DNA of 64,000 nucleotides, taken from positions 209,746,001 through 209,810,000 of the forward strand of contig OX597814.1 of assembly GCA_951406725.2 (NCBI GenBank), in the 5' to 3' direction. This DNA comes from Octopus vulgaris (lineage: Eukaryota). The notes beneath the pieces are model-generated. The model searched no databases. It saw only the letters and a list, made by a program, of their open reading frames with translations, and was not told the DNA's origin. Each line of letters starts with the position of its first letter. Position 1 is the first letter of the stretch. This document shows, piece after piece, positions 58,905 through 64,000 of this stretch. Position numbers and translations under genes: made by a program.

Positions 58905-59975
58905 GAGCCCGAGTCCCGAAAACGTGGCTAACAGGGCGCTCTGGTATTGCAAGTCCCCAACGGCGGATCTCTTCTTAGTGAAGGCGGATGAGGGCGATGC
59001 CAGGCAAGCTGGCTATAAAAGCGGACTACAACAAACTGGAGTTCTGGCAGCTTGCCACAGGAAGCCTGCGAACAGATCCAGACGGGCTGGTCCCAAGGCG
59101 GAGCATAGGATCTTATCCACCAACTCTGGCAGGTTGTTGCAGCAGAAGACAAGAGTCAATCATCTCGAGACTCCTCTTGCTATTGCACCTCCCTTGCCTG
59201 CTGTCAAGTCCGTGCAGCTGAGAACTGTGCATCCACTCCGGCACCTTAAACTTCGACTTTGATCCTTCATTCTCTTTCATCCTCTCTGCAAATCCTGCGG
59301 CGATGGGATCATCTGGCGACGGGGGAAGACTAGGATGTATTTGGAAGCCTCTAGTAAGATGGTCATTGTTGGATGGACCCGTTGATGAACATCCACCTCG
59401 GGCCTGCTTGTGCGTCCAGGCAACCCTTTTCAGGGATAGCACTGCCTGCTCCACATGGGGAAGGGCCTAGAAAATGTGGCTCAGAAAAGGCTCGTCCTCA
59501 CTTGCTCGACTGAGTAACCACTCCCAGTGAGTCATCCCCAAACATGCGGTAGAAACCAAGCATCAAAATTGAAAAAGAAAAAGAAACCCTCGAACCTCAT
59601 CCTTGCAGGTTGCAATGTTCGCACCCTCCTTGATGACGTTTCACATGATGAGCCAGACACTCGACGACCCCGCGACGCACTGCTATTGTAGCCACCGAAC
59701 TCAAGCGCTACAACCTCAACATTGCTGCACTCTGTGGGACTCCTTTCTCCCATGAGGGTTCCCTCACTGAAGAAGCTGATAGATATACCTTCTCCTGGAA
59801 AGGACATTTCTTTGGGACGCCCCGTTTGCATGGGGTTAGTTTCGCAATCAAGAAAAGCCTATTGCAGAAAATTCCTGGAGTACCCTCCTGTATCAGCGAG
59901 CGTCTGTTGACAATCAAATTTCCACTTGCGAACAAGCGTTTTCTGACAATTCTCAGCGTTTATGAACCAACTCTG
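58905..59975 (+). mobile_element. RTE-clade LINE 5' portion (GC-rich 5' region + APE endonuclease start), 3'-truncated
   Basis: From ~59590: NLILAGCNVRTLLDD...ELKRYNLNIAALC...EGSLTEE...WKG...GVSFAIKKSLLQKIPGVPSCISERLLTIKFPLANKRFLTILSVYEPTL, matching the RTE APE N-terminus (WNVRTL, SERL, SAYAPT), with frameshifts. A GC-rich island at 58465-58680 may be a related 5' fragment. Confidence 0.85.
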
Positions 59976-61136
59976 TAAATTCCAGTTTACATAATTTAAC
60001 TTATGCGACAAAAGTTTTTCATATTGAATTTATCTCTGAAAAACAATGTGAAAGTGTTAAATGTTGAAGAAGTAGACTAGAATAAAATATCCTGACGATA
60101 GTATTGGATTTTGTTTTAGGAGATGTTGGGTAGGCTACGAGCTTAGTCTGTACAGAGACAAAAGCAAATGCTGAAGGCCATTTGAATCAATGCTTTATAG
60201 GTTTTTCGAACTCTCTATAACAACATTTTCCATCGAAAATAACGTCGCAGACGAGTAAGTACGCTTCCTGTGAGAAATCGCACGCAATTTGATACGAAAC
60301 GTTACCAGAGCTAACTAAAATACGTACAGCAACAGTTAAAAAGAACTCAGTAGTTATCAAAAAAACAATAACATAATTTTTAAATGAACCTGAAAGCAGT
60401 GCCGCATTAACAATTACAGTATCATTAGCTGTTCATTTCCGGAATTACAATGAGAGCCTGTGGTAAAATATTGCATGTTTCGCGAAACCTATGTTTCGAA
60501 GACCAGCGTGAGAAAAAGCGCAAATATTGTGAGAAGCAAAAGAGAAAGAGATAGGACTACAGCAGTTATTTTTCCTGTAGTGGACGAGCTTATAAAAATC
60601 AAAACAAAAATTTACATTAAACTATAAAGTTTGTATAAAATATCAAGAGATATTTAACATAATACGTAAACTACATAAAATATAGTTAGAAGCATTTACG
60701 GGAGTGTTTATTAAAAACACAAATAGAAGGAATAAAATTCTTTCTTACTTGAAAGTGTAAATTTACAATTGTTGCTCCGAGTATGACGTCAGAGAAGCTT
60801 AGTATAGAAGACGGATCATGTATGGTCTCTTTTTTGTTCCGTTATAAAATGGAATTCTATTAGAATTCAATTATATTTTAGAATATAAGAATACACTTGA
60901 CTGGTTTCAGATTAGAATTTCAAAAATGCATAGTATATGGAACTGTACTGCGGATTGTGTCTATTCTGGCCGCTGTTATAAAAATAGTTTCCCTTAGAAG
61001 TAGCAATGTGGCCGGGAATGCTATCCATTAAAATGCAAATTGTTTAGCTCATGTGGCAGTTGGGTGAGAGGATCATAAAACAACTTTTCTTTATTGCATA
61101 TATTATATGACAATTAAAGAAGGGAGATATAAGTGA

Positions 61137-61951
61137 CTAGCTGACATACCGGATAATTCCCGGGAAAACGGGGCTTATCCTTTGATTCCGGTCTTATATT
61201 TGTTTCGCTAATCCAATAACAACAATACAAAGTATGTAGCCCTTAAAACGGTTTTGTGTATTTACAGAGGACTGTCTAACACAGGATCTTGTTTTTAGGA
61301 ATACCCAATAAGTTATGAATACTCAAATTGTGAAGTCAGTTATTCAATAAAATGAAATTAGTTACCCGATAGTAAGAATTCAAATAAAGTAGTCCCAAAA
61401 AGGGCTTTAATGTGTTCCCAGAGTGTATAGAACATAGGAAGGAATACTAATAAGTTATATATACTAAAATCCTGAAGCATGTTACGTAATAACAGGCTAA
61501 GTAGATATGAGATAATAGCAATTCAAAGTAAATAACTCTGAAAAAGGCTTTTGTGCGTTCCAAGAGTATATAATACTGACGGAAGCTAGTGCTGGTGTAA
61601 TCGTGAATAAGTCACTAATCGAAATAAGTGGATCTATTGTTTAGGAAAATACTATTTACTTGTTTAAAGGTTGTACTGTATAAATTGCTTAACTAACTCT
61701 AACAGTTCAAATACTAAGAAATAAGCATGCTCTATTTGATGTATACCAACTAATTAAGGAAAATGAATGGGTTATTTCCCTTGGCTATATATAAGGATCC
61801 CTTCCAGGGTTCTATTATAAATTTTTCAACGACCTGAGTATGCCATGATGTTTCCAGACATGAGTTCTACTCATGTGTCAAGTTTCATCAAAATCGGTAG
61901 CTAGCAACTCCAGAAACACCCACTGACAGAATTTCCCACATATGTAGAAGA
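61137..61951 (-). mobile_element. Non-autonomous Helitron
   Basis: Minus strand starts A|TCTTCTAC at 61951 and ends hairpin ccgggaattatccgg + tatgtcagCTAG|T at 61137 (5'-TC, 3'-CTAG, A/T target, no TSD). Carries the aagtttcatcaaaatcggt motif typical of Lep1-like Helitrons and diverged ~143-bp internal tandem units. Confidence 0.7.
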
Positions 61952-62013
61952 TGATATAATTGTTTACATAAAAGTGTTATGAAAAATTTCTGTTTATTAT
62001 TCTTTCAAAGGTT

Positions 62014-62220
62014 GAGTCGCGTGGTTAAGTGGTTTGTGCATTGGACTCATGTACATAAGATTATGAATTCGATTTGTACTGGGCGACACGTTGGGTTCTT
62101 GAGCAAAACACTTCATTTCACGTAGTTAATCCTTCGACAACCGCCATCCCATGCAGGTGAGAAATACGCATGCCATGGTAACTGGAAAACCGACCCTATG
62201 AGTCTATATGACTTGGGAAG
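62014..62220 (+). mobile_element. Diverged tRNA-derived SINE
   Basis: gcgtggttaagtggtttgtgcattggactcatg...gaattcgatt...gttcttgagcaaaacacttcatttcacg; A/B-box-like head. Confidence 0.6.
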
Positions 62221-62571
62221 GTTCTTTGAACTTTAATTCTGTCAATGAATAACGTTGTCAATTAGTACTAGCTCCCTAGTTAAAATATCCATTCTTTGTT
62301 AACAAGATGTTGGGTAAGTATGACAACGAGATGTGGAGTAAAAAAGACAGATGATAGCCGCTACAGGGATTTTAGTTTCCTTAAGAAGAAGCACAAACAG
62401 AGATTCTACAATAATTAATTCATATGAAAAAGCAAATCATGTATTACTGATGTTTTTATTACCGTCCATCAGTAGCTTTTGTCTTTTTAATAAACGAACT
62501 TTCCTTATTAATTCTTGTTTGATCTGGAGTATTGTCATCACTTTGATAATAATATACATATATGTATATGC

Positions 62572-62632
<61 letters not shown>

Positions 62633-62651
62633 CATACATACATAGATACAC

Positions 62652-62696
<45 letters not shown>

Positions 62697-62797
62697 CATA
62701 TAAAGTTAATCCAAACAAGAAAACAAAAAGACAACAACGCGAGGATGTGGAACAAATAAAGTATTATTGGGCGCTCAGGAAAGAAGGGAAGAAGGAG

Positions 62798-62838
62798 GGT
62801 ATGACGTTTCGAGCGGAGCTCTTCGTCGGAAACATAGG
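62798..62838 (-). ncRNA. Ultra-minimal hammerhead-like motif in a short repeat (62700-62900)
   Basis: Minus: CCGACGA-a-gagc(tcc)gctc-GAAAC-GTC-atacc; helix III has no loop (palindromic ACGT). The element is embedded in (TA)/(CA) repeats. Confidence 0.6.
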
Positions 62839-63155
62839 AGAAAGAAAGATCCCGAGGTGGGAGGACAGAGGGAAAAAATGCAAATGGTCTTCACGAGGTC
62901 ACATATATATATATACAGTTTTAATGATGAAGTCGAACCACATAGTACTAATTCAAAATCCTTTAATAAGATTGGGTAATGATAGTCTCTCCCGTCGGGT
63001 TCGACGAATGAGGATCCGACAAACTACATTCTCTCTGTTAGTCATAATGCGTAATATATGATAGGAAATGCACCAATACGTAAACCTTTTTCAGTTAAAG
63101 CGTTTTCAAAATTGCGGTACTGTGCATCGATTCTTAGCATAACATGAAATATCTG

Positions 63156-63156
<1 letters not shown>

Positions 63157-63253
<97 letters not shown>

Positions 63254-63254
63254 G

Positions 63255-63332
<78 letters not shown>
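63157..63332. repeat. (ATCT)n microsatellite
   Basis: Direct inspection. Confidence 0.97.
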
Positions 63333-63336
<4 letters not shown>

Positions 63337-63383
63337 ATTCTCTCTCTCTCTCTATATATATATGTATATATACGAATAAATTC

Positions 63384-63970
63384 TGCTAGAAAGAAGCAGA
63401 AACCGCGGTACGAGTTGTTAAAGTTATCGGTAAACGTTTTTGATTTTCACTCTCGATAAATTCATCCCCCTTTTGTGTTCCCAGCACTCGGCATCTTTAT
63501 TTAGGAGCCCTTAATTGTATAACTACATGAATAATATTTTTCTATATGAATAATATTTTTGTCTTATGACTAATTCGTCTTTTGTGCTGGGCACCTGGTA
63601 GTAAATAATATTACTGCCCTTCTTGTTTATATTCGCATACTACATGATGAATTTATTCGTAAAATTCTTCCCGGCATGCCCGTGTAAATTTTGCGTCTGC
63701 GCAGAGATTTGAAAAGTTAAGATCTGCTAGTAGTCGGGTTTAACACATAGTCCCACATCGCTGCAGACCTCGATTAAATTCAGGCGACTCGCTGATGAAG
63801 CTGGCCTTAGCAAACATATTCTGTGTTTTGCTAGAAAGAAGCAGAAACCGCGGTACGAGTTGTTAAAGTTATCGGTAAACGTTTTTGATTTTCACTCTCG
63901 ATAAATTCATCCCCCTTTTGTGTTCCCAGCACTCGGCATCTTTATTTAGGAGCCCTTAATTGTATAACTA
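63384..63970 (+). mobile_element. Retrozyme-like / PLE pLTR unit: identical 142-bp direct repeats with 445-bp period
   Basis: tgctagaaagaagcagaaaccgcggtacgagttg...gagcccttaattgtataacta at 63384-63525 and 63829-63970; no ORF; flanked by (TA)-rich microsatellite. Confidence 0.75.
63783..63864 (+). ncRNA. Type I hammerhead ribozyme with palindromic minimal helix III
   Basis: ggcgactcg-CTGATGA-a-gct...tagcaaa-cata(ttc)tgtg-ttttgcta...agc-a-GAAAC-cgcg-GTA-cgagttgtt: 9-bp helix I (with G-U pairs), canonical core, ACCGCGGT palindrome; predicted cleavage after A63855. Confidence 0.82.
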
Positions 63971-64000
63971 TATGTATATATATATATATAAACACACACA

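Overview
AT-rich, microsatellite-saturated eukaryotic DNA whose repeat content (tRNA-derived SINE families, RTE and CR1 LINE relics, Penelope-like elements) points to a coleoid cephalopod, probably Octopus (inference). The only host gene is the 3' end of a minus-strand, intron-containing nicotinic acetylcholine receptor-like (Cys-loop) subunit. It has an M3 exon at 50127-50317, an 18.7 kb phase-0 intron, an M4/stop exon at 31080-31409 and probably a 3' UTR of about 10 kb; upstream exons lie beyond the window. Almost all other ORF-track entries are microsatellite artefacts, and the track misses an uninterrupted 300-codon Penelope-like RT ORF running off the left edge. The most notable unannotated layer is a set of at least nine type I hammerhead ribozyme motifs, intact or degenerate, in several architectures. 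These include a 445-nt retrozyme-like unit bounded by 142-bp direct repeats, a hammerhead with a roughly 100-nt helix II, an inverted pair and loop-less minimal variants. Also seen: a candidate 15-nt neural-type microexon just before M3, a non-autonomous Helitron with internal tandem repeats, and a 160-bp palindrome.
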